Made by a program: the position numbers and the translations under genes
In this document: positions 29,516-39,263 of the stretch, one piece after another
Position numbering within the stretch: position 1 is the first letter of the stretch
Layout of the letters: every line of letters starts with the position of its first letter
Source: Armatimonadota bacterium
GTDB lineage: Bacteria; Bacteroidota; Ignavibacteria; OLB7
Assembly: GCA_020850315.1 (NCBI GenBank)
Contig: JADZEY010000029.1
Coordinates: forward strand, 7,413-71,412
Direction: 5' to 3'
DNA length: 64,000 bases
The notes under the pieces: model-generated
Database searches by the model: none
What the model was told of the DNA's origin: nothing
What the model saw: the letters and a program-made list of their open reading frames with translations, nothing else

Positions 29516-30346
29516 ATGAACCTTCAGTACGCCGAAATCGCGCTTGCAGCGTTAATTGCCGGAACCATAGATACCGTTGTTGGTTTTGGTGGTGGGTTGC
29601 TGCTGCTTCCTATTCTGGTGCTGGTTGTGGGAACCTTCGATGCGGTGATGCTGACGGCACTGATACCGCTGGGGTGGAACATCCCCCGCATTGTGCTGCT
29701 GCGCAACTGGATTGATTGGGAAAAAACCTTGTGGTTCGCTGCGGGGATACTTCCCGGTGTGCTGGTTGGTGGCCAAATGCTTGGCCACCTGGATACATCG
29801 GCAGTGCGGATTGGGATTGGATGCGTGATGGTGCTGTTTGGTGGCTACTACATCCTGCGGCTGTACGTGGAGTTGCCCGGCGAACGGCTTCCCGGACTGT
29901 GGGTTCTGCCGATTGTTGGGCTTCTGACCGGTGGCATCAGCGCGTGGCTTGGCGCGGGGAATGGACCGCTGCAGACGTGGGCGCTGGACGCTTCCGGGTT
30001 AAATGCCCACCAAGCCGCCGCCACAAACGGCGCGTTGGGGGGAATCACCGCCGCCGCACGGTGCATTGCCTACGGGTTTGCTGGCCAGTTGCACGCTGGG
30101 TTGATCCCCACCGCCGTGGCCGGAATTGCCGGGGCCGTGGCCGGCGCGCTGGTTGGTATCCGCTACACCCGCCGTGCAAAAGATTCCACGCTGGAGTTAG
30201 TGGTGGGGCTTGCTATTGTTCTGGCTGGGATTCGGATGTTTTTCAGCTTTGGCGCGGCGGCGCCGCCGCACACCCCACCGCCAACCCCAGTGGCAGCCGT
30301 TTGGCAGATTGAGCATATCCCACAGGAAATCCCACAGAGGAATTAG
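29516..30346 (+). CDS. sulfite exporter TauE/SafE family permease
   Basis: Two internally repeated 4-TM halves with a Gly-rich motif (VGFGGGLLLLP; LGAGNGPL). Confidence 0.7.
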   Translation: MNLQYAEIALAALIAGTIDTVVGFGGGLLLLPILVLVVGTFDAVMLTALIPLGWNIPRIVLLRNWIDWEKTLWFAAGILPGVLVGGQMLGHLDTSAVRIGIGCVMVLFGGYYILRLYVELPGERLPGLWVLPIVGLLTGGISAWLGAGNGPLQTWALDASGLNAHQAAATNGALGGITAAARCIAYGFAGQLHAGLIPTAVAGIAGAVAGALVGIRYTRRAKDSTLELVVGLAIVLAGIRMFFSFGAAAPPHTPPPTPVAAVWQIEHIPQEIPQRN

Positions 30347-31005
30347 CTGAGCGTGTAGTAATCCTCACTTTGGTTGGTGAACAAACGGATAAGCCCAGCA
30401 CGCACCAGTCGCACAAGGCTTCGCGAGGCACGGCGTTCGGAGATGTTCACCAGTTTGCGGTACTGCTGCAACGTGATCCGCCCGTGCCGGCCTAGGTACT
30501 GAAATAACGCCTGCTCAATATCCCCAATTTGCAGCCGAAGCGGCGGGGAATCGGGGCCGCTGGCAGCAAGCACACGGGCAACCTCCCGGCTGGCGGCAAC
30601 GCTTCGCTCCCCCTGGCGGATATACACGCCAACCTCGAACCCAATCTGCCGAAGGTCTTTCTTCTGCATATTCTCCAGCAGCCGATGCGGCTTCAAGGGG
30701 CTTTCGGGGATACGAAGAACAATGACATCACACAGCTCCACCGGCACGATTTCAATGTCGTACTCAATCGGTGGGTCGCTGTAGAACTCAGCCGCCGTTG
30801 TGATAAGGTCAATCTCGGATTTTTCGCTCTCCACCCCCACAATCGTGCCGTCGTCATCAACGCCGACAATCAGATACCCCCCACGTGTATTGGCAAGCGC
30901 GATCATCTCGCGGGCGATTTTCTCAAAGCCTGAGAACTTCCGCTTGAACTCGACGGTATCCGATTCGCCAAGCTCGATAATCGAACGAAGTTTTTTGGGA
31001 CTCAT
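30343..31005 (-). CDS. Schlafen/AlbA_2 (divergent AAA-like) domain plus C-terminal HTH putative transcriptional regulator
   Basis: ESDTVEFKRKF…EMIALANTRGGYLIVGVDDDGTIVGVE matches the AlbA_2 domain. The C-terminal winged-helix-like segment is QYLGRHGRITLQQYRKLVNISERRASRSLVRLVRAGLI. Confidence 0.6.
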   Translation of the reverse strand: MSPKKLRSIIELGESDTVEFKRKFSGFEKIAREMIALANTRGGYLIVGVDDDGTIVGVESEKSEIDLITTAAEFYSDPPIEYDIEIVPVELCDVIVLRIPESPLKPHRLLENMQKKDLRQIGFEVGVYIRQGERSVAASREVARVLAASGPDSPPLRLQIGDIEQALFQYLGRHGRITLQQYRKLVNISERRASRSLVRLVRAGLIRLFTNQSEDYYTLS

Positions 31006-31328
31006 GTGGTGTCAACAAAATGCCGATGGCCATCTGCTGCATGGCCCGTTTTGGCTGATGCTCCCCTCTGAATAGGTTGGGGTTTTGACTGTGAGCTTTT
31101 GATCTGGACTTTTGAAGCCAACAGGCAGGGTGAAAATACAAACTTCCGATTGCCGTCACAGCAGACGCGGAACTGTGGCCACAATACGCTGCCAACTCCA
31201 TCGGCCACAGATTGCTCCACAACGGCAAACACCTTGTTGCCAACCTTTGGGGTAACGCCCCCGAACCAACCGCCTGTAATCGCAACTCTACAAGTGCACA
31301 GGCGATTTCTACCGACTTCCTTTTTCCG

Positions 31329-32285
31329 ATGATGCCGTCGAACCAGAACGATACTGAACCCAAAACCTATCCGTGGCGAATCCCCCCACAGGAACCAGCC
31401 CCCCCCCAGCCCGCCACGCCAACCACCGAAGAAGCAACCGACCGCATCCCCTGGTCCAAACTGCTGAAGTACTTGCTGATTGGCCTTGTGGGAATGTTCC
31501 TGCTGCTGGTGCTGTTCGATAAAATCATCATGCCGTGGTATGTGAAGTTGGGGGATGTAGAGACTGTCCCGAATGTGGTTGGCCTTCCGTTCGATTCGGC
31601 CAAAGTGAAGTTGGAGGAACGCGGGTTCGAGGTCCGCAAAGGGGAATCGCGCAATGATGACACATACCCCGCCGGCACGGTTGCCCAACAACTCCCCTAC
31701 GGCGGCGCGGAAACAAAGAATGGCCGCCGGGTCTATCTCACCATCAGTTTGGGGACTGAGATGATCGCCATGCCAAACATGGTTGGGATGCAAGTTCGCG
31801 AAGCCCGTATCACCCTGATGCGGGCAGGGCTGGACATCGGCGAGATCACCTACGAGTACAACGACACGGTTATCCGCGACCTGATTTTTTCGCAAAGCAT
31901 CCCCGCGCAAGTTGGCGCACGCCCTGGGTCGCTGGTGAATGTTGTTGTCAGCCGCGGCCCAACAACCCGCTACACACTGATGCCCAGCCTTGTCTCGCTA
32001 GATATCGAGCAAGCCCGCACCCGATTGGAAAACGCTGGGTTGGTGTTGGGGGTGGTTCGCTACAAGGAAGAGGGTGGCTGGGCTCCGAACATTGTGATAG
32101 AGCAATCGGTTGCACCATACTCCAAAGTGGCCGAGCGCGCCGCCATTGATGTTGTGGTTGCCGCCGCCCCCGGAAGCATGGGCCCAACCCCGCAAGGTGA
32201 TGAAGCCAGCGGAACCGAAGAGCCGACCGTGAAAAACGTTGAGCCAGCAGAGAAAAAATCGGCTACCGAGAAGCAAAAAAACTGA
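31329..32285 (+). CDS. membrane-anchored protein with three PASTA domains
   Basis: N-terminal TM, then three ~65-aa repeats (VVGLPFDSAKVKLEERGFEV; MVGMQVREARITLMRAGL; MPSLVSLDIEQARTRLENAGL). No kinase or transpeptidase domain is present. The start is uncertain. Confidence 0.65.
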   Translation: MMPSNQNDTEPKTYPWRIPPQEPAPPQPATPTTEEATDRIPWSKLLKYLLIGLVGMFLLLVLFDKIIMPWYVKLGDVETVPNVVGLPFDSAKVKLEERGFEVRKGESRNDDTYPAGTVAQQLPYGGAETKNGRRVYLTISLGTEMIAMPNMVGMQVREARITLMRAGLDIGEITYEYNDTVIRDLIFSQSIPAQVGARPGSLVNVVVSRGPTTRYTLMPSLVSLDIEQARTRLENAGLVLGVVRYKEEGGWAPNIVIEQSVAPYSKVAERAAIDVVVAAAPGSMGPTPQGDEASGTEEPTVKNVEPAEKKSATEKQKN

Positions 32286-33231
32286 GTGCCGAGGCATCGA
32301 GCCGGGTGGCTTCGCGGGGGATGGTGCGCAGGCTGAACTCCGAGATCAATTCGGTTGCCGTTGTTGGTTCGGGGCGGTCAATCATCCCGCAACTCCATGC
32401 CAGCCAGCCAATAAGCTGCTGGGCAGCAACCCCCGATTCCCGAAGCTCCCGAAGCGCGACCGCCCCATGCCGCTTTGCCAACCGAACTCCATCGTCACCC
32501 AACATCAGCGGGACGTGGGCGAAACTTGGCGGGGTTGCGCCAAACGTCCGGTGAAGCAGTATCTGGCGCGGTGCCGAACCAAGCAGGTCATCCCCCCGCA
32601 GAACGTGAGTAACCCCCATGGCAATGTCGTCCACCACAACAGCAAGCTGATAGCTAACCACACCATCGGCGCGGGCAACGATAAAGTCACCCGTGGTTTG
32701 GCCAAGCTCCTCACGTTGCAATCCCGCAACTTCATCATGCTGTTCCACCACTGTTCCCGGGCAGACTTTGAAACGGAAGGCTGGTGATTTTTCTTGGCTT
32801 CGTTGCTGCTGCTGTGCGTGGGTAAGCTGGCGGCACGTTCCCGGGTAGATTGGCCCATCGGCTCCGTGCGGCGCGCTGGCAATGGAGCGGAGTTCCTTCC
32901 GCGAACAGAAGCATGGATAGAGTAATCCGCGTTCCTGCAACGTGGCCAACGCCTGCTGGTACAAGGGGAATCGGTTCGACTGGAAGTAGTCTGAGGTTAG
33001 TTGGTTATCCCAATCCAATCCAAGCCAGCGGAGGTCGCGCACAATCTGTTCGGCAGCGTTCGGGGCGGCGCGTTGGGTGTCTAGATCTTCAATTCTCAGA
33101 ATGATCCGCCCCCCCATGTTCCGCATCTGCAACCATGCCAGCAGGAAGCTGCGGGCGTTGCCAAGATGCAGGTATCCGGTGGGGCTTGGGGCAAGCCGTC
33201 CGCATGGCCGCTGCGGTTCAGAATCGGCCAT
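32263..33231 (-). CDS. gluQ: glutamyl-Q tRNA(Asp) synthetase
   Basis: Class I aaRS HIGH-like motif APSPTGYLHLGNARS in a ~320-aa protein lacking an anticodon-binding domain. This is the GluQRS architecture. Confidence 0.8.
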   Translation of the reverse strand: MADSEPQRPCGRLAPSPTGYLHLGNARSFLLAWLQMRNMGGRIILRIEDLDTQRAAPNAAEQIVRDLRWLGLDWDNQLTSDYFQSNRFPLYQQALATLQERGLLYPCFCSRKELRSIASAPHGADGPIYPGTCRQLTHAQQQQRSQEKSPAFRFKVCPGTVVEQHDEVAGLQREELGQTTGDFIVARADGVVSYQLAVVVDDIAMGVTHVLRGDDLLGSAPRQILLHRTFGATPPSFAHVPLMLGDDGVRLAKRHGAVALRELRESGVAAQQLIGWLAWSCGMIDRPEPTTATELISEFSLRTIPREATRLDASALSFFASR

Positions 33232-33877
33232 ATTCCTGGAACAATTTCTGCGCCCCTTCCCCCGATGTCAGCCCGCGATGGGTTGCGGCTTCTTCGGCGC
33301 AAGCGCGTTCAAGCTCGGTGTAGATTTCATCGAACCGTTCCTGCGGGATCACAATCACCCCGTTGGCATCGCCAAAAACGATGTCGCCCGGGCGAATCGG
33401 AACTCCATCCATGACAACGGTAGTGTTGAATTCGGCCATGTATCCACGCCGACGAATATCCTTGATGCATCGCCCTGTTCCAAACACCGGAAACCCCAAC
33501 GATGCAATCTGCTCAAGGTCCCGCACGCCGCCGTTCACAGCCGCCGCAACCGCACCGCGTGCCTGGGCGCGCGCGCTCATCATCCCCCCCCACAATGCTG
33601 CGTCAACGTCGGCATCGGCAGCAACCACCACAAAGGCTTTCTCTGGGATTGCATCCACCATCTGCAGCAGCGTTGTGATCTCCACATACTGGTTGGTGGC
33701 CACCACACGGCAGGGGAAGGCAACGCCACAGACCTTCAATGAAGGATCGGTGAATATCTGCTGGATGCTGTGGTGCAGCGCGGTGCTGGGGATTCCAAGC
33801 CGCTCCATCGTGTCGGAGATCAGCGGCGAGTAGAATCGGAGCATCCCGGCAAGTTGTTCGGTTCGGTTGTTCGGCAT
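33218..33877 (-). CDS. RraA family protein (ribonuclease E activity regulator / 4-hydroxy-4-methyl-2-oxoglutarate aldolase-like)
   Basis: Swivelling beta/beta/alpha fold signature with GDIVFGDANGVIVIPQE and VNGGVRD motifs. Confidence 0.75.
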   Translation of the reverse strand: MPNNRTEQLAGMLRFYSPLISDTMERLGIPSTALHHSIQQIFTDPSLKVCGVAFPCRVVATNQYVEITTLLQMVDAIPEKAFVVVAADADVDAALWGGMMSARAQARGAVAAAVNGGVRDLEQIASLGFPVFGTGRCIKDIRRRGYMAEFNTTVVMDGVPIRPGDIVFGDANGVIVIPQERFDEIYTELERACAEEAATHRGLTSGEGAQKLFQEYGRF

Positions 33878-33922
33878 GGTTGCGTGGCAAAGAAGAATAT
33901 GAGTTGCGGGTGAGGTGTGGCG

Positions 33923-34669
33923 TTAATGCCTTGCCACCCCACCATCCACGTTGATTGTTTGCCCGGTGATAATGGAGGAAGCTGGCGAGGCAAGGAAGGC
34001 AACAACTTCGGCAATGTCGTCCGGCTCGTCCCCGCGCTGGACCGCTTGCTGGGGAAGCAGATGCTCCAGAATGGATCCCACCAATTTTTCGTTTGCCGGG
34101 CGCTGGGTTGCCGTCAGCCCAACGGTGATGGCGTTGACGGTGATCCCGTACTTCCCAACCTCGCTGGCCAACGAGCGGACAAAACCAACCACCCCCATTT
34201 TTGCGGTGACGTAGTGGGTGAGATATGGCGTTCCCAGCCAGATCGTGTCGGAGCTAAGGGCGATAATCCTCCCGAACCCGTTTTCTTTCATTGAAGGGAG
34301 TGCGTACTTCGTGGTCAGGAACAGGCTATCTAAGTTCACCGAAAGCATCCGTTTCCATTCGTCGAAACCGATCAGTTCAAAGGGTTCTTCGTGATACAGC
34401 CCCACGTTGTTGACCACAATGTCAACATGGCCATACTTGCGCATGGTTTTTTGGAAGACTTTCCGCACCTGTTCTTCATCGGTGACATCGGCGCGGGTGG
34501 CATCAATCTCTCCGCCAATTTCCTGGACGCTGGCCATTGCTTCGCCGGCATCAGCAATGTCGGCAATCATAATGCTGGCCCCTTCCTGGGCAAGCCGGCG
34601 GCAGAACGCCTGGCCGTTACCGACGGCTGCCCCGGTGACAATGGCGACTTTATCGTTCAGACGCTGCAT
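33923..34669 (-). CDS. SDR family NAD(P)-dependent oxidoreductase
   Basis: TGAAVGNGQA cofactor motif, NNVG, and catalytic YxxxK (YVTAK). Confidence 0.85.
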   Translation of the reverse strand: MQRLNDKVAIVTGAAVGNGQAFCRRLAQEGASIMIADIADAGEAMASVQEIGGEIDATRADVTDEEQVRKVFQKTMRKYGHVDIVVNNVGLYHEEPFELIGFDEWKRMLSVNLDSLFLTTKYALPSMKENGFGRIIALSSDTIWLGTPYLTHYVTAKMGVVGFVRSLASEVGKYGITVNAITVGLTATQRPANEKLVGSILEHLLPQQAVQRGDEPDDIAEVVAFLASPASSIITGQTINVDGGVARH

Positions 34670-35047
34670 GGTTCAATGCACAAAAATCATGTATTGAGTT
34701 TCCCAACAACCATTGGGGTTGTGGCGGTGGCAACTTACACACGGGGCGTTGGGCTGCGGCAATGTTGGGCTGTTCCCATTTGTTTCCCAGCAGGGGGAAT
34801 TCATGGATTTTTTTCTTCTATCCGGCGTAGTTTCCACCAATTCTTCTTGTTGCCGTTCAACACTTGCACAGGTGGGCGGGGGAAGCGATGTTTGCCGTGG
34901 TAGTGGATGGGCGCATGGAAATTTGCAGTGCAGCAATCGTGCTTACAGTATCCATCCGATTTGTTCGTCATGGCGAACGTGCGCCAAATGCGCAGCGGGG
35001 TGAGGCTATCAGCCCGCAGAAGTATCAACTTTAGAGTATCAACCACA

Positions 35048-35437
35048 ATGGATGACGTAATCGCTGCCGAGCCACACGTTGCCGAATCAAACGTTGCCAC
35101 GGCTCCGTCGCCAATCACCATCACCGAGAAGGCGTTGGCGGAAGTGCAAAAAATCAAAGAACAGAACAGCATTCCCGACAGCTACGGGCTGCGCGTTGGC
35201 GTTCGTGGCGGCGGATGTTCGGGGCTAAGCTACACCCTGACGTTCGATGCCGAGATGCGCGAAGGGGATAAGGAAGTTGTGTTGGAAGGGGTGCATCTGT
35301 TCATTGACAGCAAAAGCCTGTTCTACCTGATGGGAACCGAGCTTGATTACACCGACGGCCTAAACGGGCGGGGCTTTGTGTTCAACAACCCCAATGCTGC
35401 CAAGACCTGCGGCTGTGGTTCCAGCTTCGGCGTGTAA
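35048..35437 (+). CDS. erpA: iron-sulfur cluster insertion protein IscA/ErpA (HesB family)
   Basis: ITITEKALAEVQKI…GVRGGGCSGLSY…C-terminal CGCGSSF. The three conserved Cys of A-type carriers are present. The start is placed at the Met at 35048. Confidence 0.85.
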   Translation: MDDVIAAEPHVAESNVATAPSPITITEKALAEVQKIKEQNSIPDSYGLRVGVRGGGCSGLSYTLTFDAEMREGDKEVVLEGVHLFIDSKSLFYLMGTELDYTDGLNGRGFVFNNPNAAKTCGCGSSFGV

Positions 35438-35568
35438 CTCTCCCCTTGATCTTCCCGCACGATAACTGCCGGGAAGGGAGTAAGCGCCACACGGCGCATG
35501 GTTCCCTTCCCCGGCGTTCTTTCCCAGCTTCACATCTTTTTTTTGACACAAGCAACCTTCCGCTTTGC

Positions 35569-35967
35569 ATGGAATCAACACAACGCCCCCTTGCCAACAA
35601 CCCGCAAGCCAACCAGCATCTGGACAACGACCCGAACTACGACGTGCTGGTGGATAAACTTCACACCCGCACGGTGGAGCGGAAAATCATCTGGGAATTG
35701 GGGGATGAGTCAGATGAGTACGTTTCCAACCTGAAAGGGAAATCCTCCTTCACTATCCGCCGGATTAAAGAGAACTACAAGTACGTTCTGACGATGCGGA
35801 ACGAGACAGGTGAGGTGGTGTTCCGAATCTCGCACGATAACCTGGAAGCCTCCAGCAGCGAAGCCCTGCTCCGCCTGTATAAACTTGCCGAACGAATCGC
35901 CAAACAGATAGATGAAGAGGTGGATAAAGCCATCCACCTGTTGGATGATTTGGGGGATGATGAGTGA
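35569..35967 (+). CDS. hypothetical acidic protein
   Basis: ORF with good coding appearance and no recognisable motif. The start is uncertain. Confidence 0.4.
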   Translation: MESTQRPLANNPQANQHLDNDPNYDVLVDKLHTRTVERKIIWELGDESDEYVSNLKGKSSFTIRRIKENYKYVLTMRNETGEVVFRISHDNLEASSSEALLRLYKLAERIAKQIDEEVDKAIHLLDDLGDDE

Positions 35968-35971
35968 GGGG

Positions 35972-35997
35972 GAATGTCGAGTGTCAAATGTCGAATG
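35972..35997 (+). repeat. GTCGAGTG/GTCAAATG/GTCGAATG octamer repeats immediately after a stop codon
   Basis: TGA-GGGGG-AATGTCGAGTGTCAAATGTCGAATG-GGGG begins 2 nt after the stop of the 35569-35967 ORF. Same family as 17750-17802. Confidence 0.75.
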
Positions 35998-36394
35998 GGG
36001 GAGAAACTACTCCCTCTCTCTTCCTTGCAACTGACCACTGGCAACTGACTGCTGCCTCCTCCCCTCTTCCCTGTGATCCGTCCTATTAATTCCGCAAAAA
36101 ATGTCATTGCCAGAAATGGCGCGATCCCCTATTATCGCACCTGTTAGAACCTTCCCTGCACCCTATCTCCGATTGAAACTTTTGACAGTTTTGCGGTGTT
36201 GTTTGCCGAATTGTGGCATTCAGCACATAAGTTGCGACACCAAAACCTGAAGCACCATTGAACTGTATCGCCTTCTTTACAGCCTGGTAGCTCCTTTCGG
36301 GTTTGGTATCAGTACTTCGTTACGTGCTTCCTTCTTGGCAACCTGCTTCTCCAATTACAACATACACTAACCTCACCAACCTGAGAGTGTTTCC

Positions 36395-39178
36395 ATGACA
36401 AACTTCTACACACGATGGAAGGGCCGCCTGCTTTCGGCAGCGATGCTCTTCGCACTGTGCTTCGGCACAACACAAGCCCAGTGGGCAGAGCTACCGGCGT
36501 TAAGCGACCAAATCAACTTTGGGATCAATGCCATCTACAACGGCAAACTTTATACGTGGGCAGGGGCATCATCAAGCCAGTATCTGCTTGGCGGGCAATC
36601 CTTGGATATCGCCAACGGCTCAAGCTGGGTGACGGGGGTGGTTGCACCGATCAATGAGCCAAAAGTTGGTGGGTACGGTGGGGTGGTCAACGGTAAAATC
36701 TATCTGATGGGGGGCACCTACAACGCAGTGCAGAATGGCCAACAGGTGACTGCCGCTTCTCCTCAGGTCTATGAATACGATCCGACATCGAACACCATGA
36801 CCGCAAAAACCCCAGGCCCAACGTGGTGGTTCAACGGAGCTGGTGCTGTGGTTGATGGGAAAATTTATCTAATGGGCGGGCTTACCGTAGCAAACAACCA
36901 GTTTGTGTACAACAACACCGTCCATGTGTACGACCCACAAACCAACACGTGGTCAACCGCAGGCAATGGCCCGTACATTGCCCAGTATCCAACTGCCACG
37001 GCAATCGGCAACACCATTTACTTGCTCAGCGGAGCCAACAACCAAAGCTCTGCATTGCCTCTTGCCTACAAAGGCGTTGTAAGTGGTGGCACTATCACTT
37101 GGACGGCAATTGCAAACCACCCAGTTGGTATGCAACGCGCTGGCGCAGGGGTGTTGGGGGGTAAAGTGTATGTAGCTGGCGGCGCAAATGCCCAGGGTGA
37201 ACTTGATGCCGTGTACAAGTACGACCCAGCCACCGACAAATGGGGTGCTGATTACGCTCTGCCGGTAAAGACGTACAACGTTAGCACCATGCCAAGCGAT
37301 GCCAACTCCTTATACTGGATTGGTGGCCTGAACAACGCCAAAGCCTTCCAGTTCACGCCAGGCGCGCAAGTTGCCGTTGCTTCGGTTGACCAAACTAACT
37401 TTGTGGTCACGGTGAACAAAGGGGATAACAAGACCATTAACGTACCGGTGACCAACCGCGGCGTAATTGACCTAACCGGTACCGCCACCGGTGCAATGCC
37501 GTGGCTGACCGCTCCACAACCGCTGACTGTGACAGCCGGAGCAACCACCAACTTGGTGCTTAGTGTCAACTCCTCAACGCTCTCGGTTGGCAAACACACC
37601 ACCACGGCCACGCTTACCACCAACGATGCCAAGAACAAAACGATCACCATCAACGTGACGGCATGGGTTGTTGAGAACCTGAAAACCCAACCGTTCACCG
37701 CAGTTATCGAAGAAGGTGGCGGATCGTGGTGCCCACCGTGCTTTGCTGGTATTCAAGAGTTAGAGTCTATCAAGCAGCAGCTTGGCGACCGCGTGTTGGT
37801 GCTTTCCTACCACGGCAACCAAGGGGGTTCTTCCACCAACAAGGACCCGATGCACTTCCCAGAAGGGATTAACACCATTCAAAAGTTGGGACTGAGTGGC
37901 TTCCCCAATGCAGCGTTCCAACGCCGTGTGTTCAAGGGTGAACAGTATCCAATGATTGGGCTTGGCTCATGGGCTGATGCGCTGAACACACTGTTCGCCG
38001 AGCGGGACGTTGCCGCTGCGGCCATTGACATTGACGAAAGCAGCTACGATGCTGGCACAAAGATGGTCACTGCAAAAGTGACAGTCACCACTGCCGAGGC
38101 TATCGAGATGAAGGCCGGGCGCACGCTGCGCCTGACAGGATTAGTGATCCAAGACGGCATTGTTTATCACCAAGCTGCTTCCCAGACACGGTTGTGGACA
38201 TTCCATGATGCTGTGCGCTCGATGGGGCCAACGATTGATGGAACCCAACTGACCGTTCCACAGGGAATGCTTGTTGAAGGGAATATCCTGCCACCAGGCA
38301 GCGTCCTGAAAGGAACCGTCACCTTTAAAGTGACCAACGAAAACGACCAGGGGAAACTGCCGGGCGACGAAAATTACCCGGAGATCACCTTTGATGCCAA
38401 CAACAAGTTGCCAATCAAATTGGAGGATTGCCACTTGGTGGTGTTGGCTCACATCAACGATGGCAGCAACTACGGTGAGATTCTTCAGGGGGTGAAAGCT
38501 CCATTCCCAACCAGTGGGCCGGCTGGCGCAACGATTTCGCAAACCACCAGCAAGTGGCAAGCAACCATCAAGCCAACCGAGACCGCCAGCTACACAACAA
38601 CCATCAAGAACCTGACCGATGCTCCGCAAGAGTTGACCGTCACACGCACCAGCAACAGCATTCCAGCCGGCTGGAGCAGCTACATGAAGCTGGGCAGCAA
38701 CCAGCTTGATCCGAACACATCAACGGGCAACGTAACGCTGCCGCCGGGTGCTTCGATTGCTGTGCAGCTGTACGTCACCGGCACAACGGAAAAAGCCAAC
38801 GGAACAGTTTCGCTTCAGTTCAAAGCTGGCGCAACCACGCTTGACCAAAACTACACGACCACAACCACCGAAAACGAACCTTCCAGTGGTGTGGACGATG
38901 CACCAGTAACTGGCGTTGGAATGAGCCTTTCGGCAAACCTGCCGAACCCCGCCAACACCAGCACCACGTTCAGCTACTCGCTGCTGCAAAGCGGTGAAGT
39001 AACGGTGAACGTGACCGGAATCAGCGGCCAGAAAGTGATGACCCTGACCCCAGGCTTTGCCGAGGCAGGGCTGCACACTCTCCGCTTGGATGTCAGCACG
39101 CTGCCAGCAGGCAACTACATTGTCACGCTGAACAGCAACGGACGTTCGGTCAGCCGCCGCATGACGGTTGTCCACTAA
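36395..39178 (+). CDS. secreted Kelch-repeat beta-propeller protein with embedded thioredoxin-like (CPPC) domain and T9SS C-terminal sorting domain
   Basis: Signal peptide. Six Kelch-like blades (GKLYTWAG, GKIYLMGG x2, NTIYLLSG, GKVYVAGG, LYWIGG), then an ASH-like beta-sandwich, then a Trx-like segment EEGGGSWCPPCFAGIQELE. The C-terminal CTD is …LPAGNYIVTLNSNGRSVSRRMTVVH. Confidence 0.8.
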   Translation: MTNFYTRWKGRLLSAAMLFALCFGTTQAQWAELPALSDQINFGINAIYNGKLYTWAGASSSQYLLGGQSLDIANGSSWVTGVVAPINEPKVGGYGGVVNGKIYLMGGTYNAVQNGQQVTAASPQVYEYDPTSNTMTAKTPGPTWWFNGAGAVVDGKIYLMGGLTVANNQFVYNNTVHVYDPQTNTWSTAGNGPYIAQYPTATAIGNTIYLLSGANNQSSALPLAYKGVVSGGTITWTAIANHPVGMQRAGAGVLGGKVYVAGGANAQGELDAVYKYDPATDKWGADYALPVKTYNVSTMPSDANSLYWIGGLNNAKAFQFTPGAQVAVASVDQTNFVVTVNKGDNKTINVPVTNRGVIDLTGTATGAMPWLTAPQPLTVTAGATTNLVLSVNSSTLSVGKHTTTATLTTNDAKNKTITINVTAWVVENLKTQPFTAVIEEGGGSWCPPCFAGIQELESIKQQLGDRVLVLSYHGNQGGSSTNKDPMHFPEGINTIQKLGLSGFPNAAFQRRVFKGEQYPMIGLGSWADALNTLFAERDVAAAAIDIDESSYDAGTKMVTAKVTVTTAEAIEMKAGRTLRLTGLVIQDGIVYHQAASQTRLWTFHDAVRSMGPTIDGTQLTVPQGMLVEGNILPPGSVLKGTVTFKVTNENDQGKLPGDENYPEITFDANNKLPIKLEDCHLVVLAHINDGSNYGEILQGVKAPFPTSGPAGATISQTTSKWQATIKPTETASYTTTIKNLTDAPQELTVTRTSNSIPAGWSSYMKLGSNQLDPNTSTGNVTLPPGASIAVQLYVTGTTEKANGTVSLQFKAGATTLDQNYTTTTTENEPSSGVDDAPVTGVGMSLSANLPNPANTSTTFSYSLLQSGEVTVNVTGISGQKVMTLTPGFAEAGLHTLRLDVSTLPAGNYIVTLNSNGRSVSRRMTVVH

Positions 39179-39198
39179 GCAAACGCTTGCAAAAACTA

Positions 39199-39240
39199 CG
39201 CGCCCCGGCCATTGCACGGGGCGCGTGGTGGTTTTAATTT
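39199..39240 (+). terminator. rho-independent terminator
   Basis: Stem CGCGCCCCG…CGGGGCGCG followed by TGGTGGTTTTAATTTT. Confidence 0.7.
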
Positions 39241-39263
39241 TGTGCAACACAACTAACTAGAGG

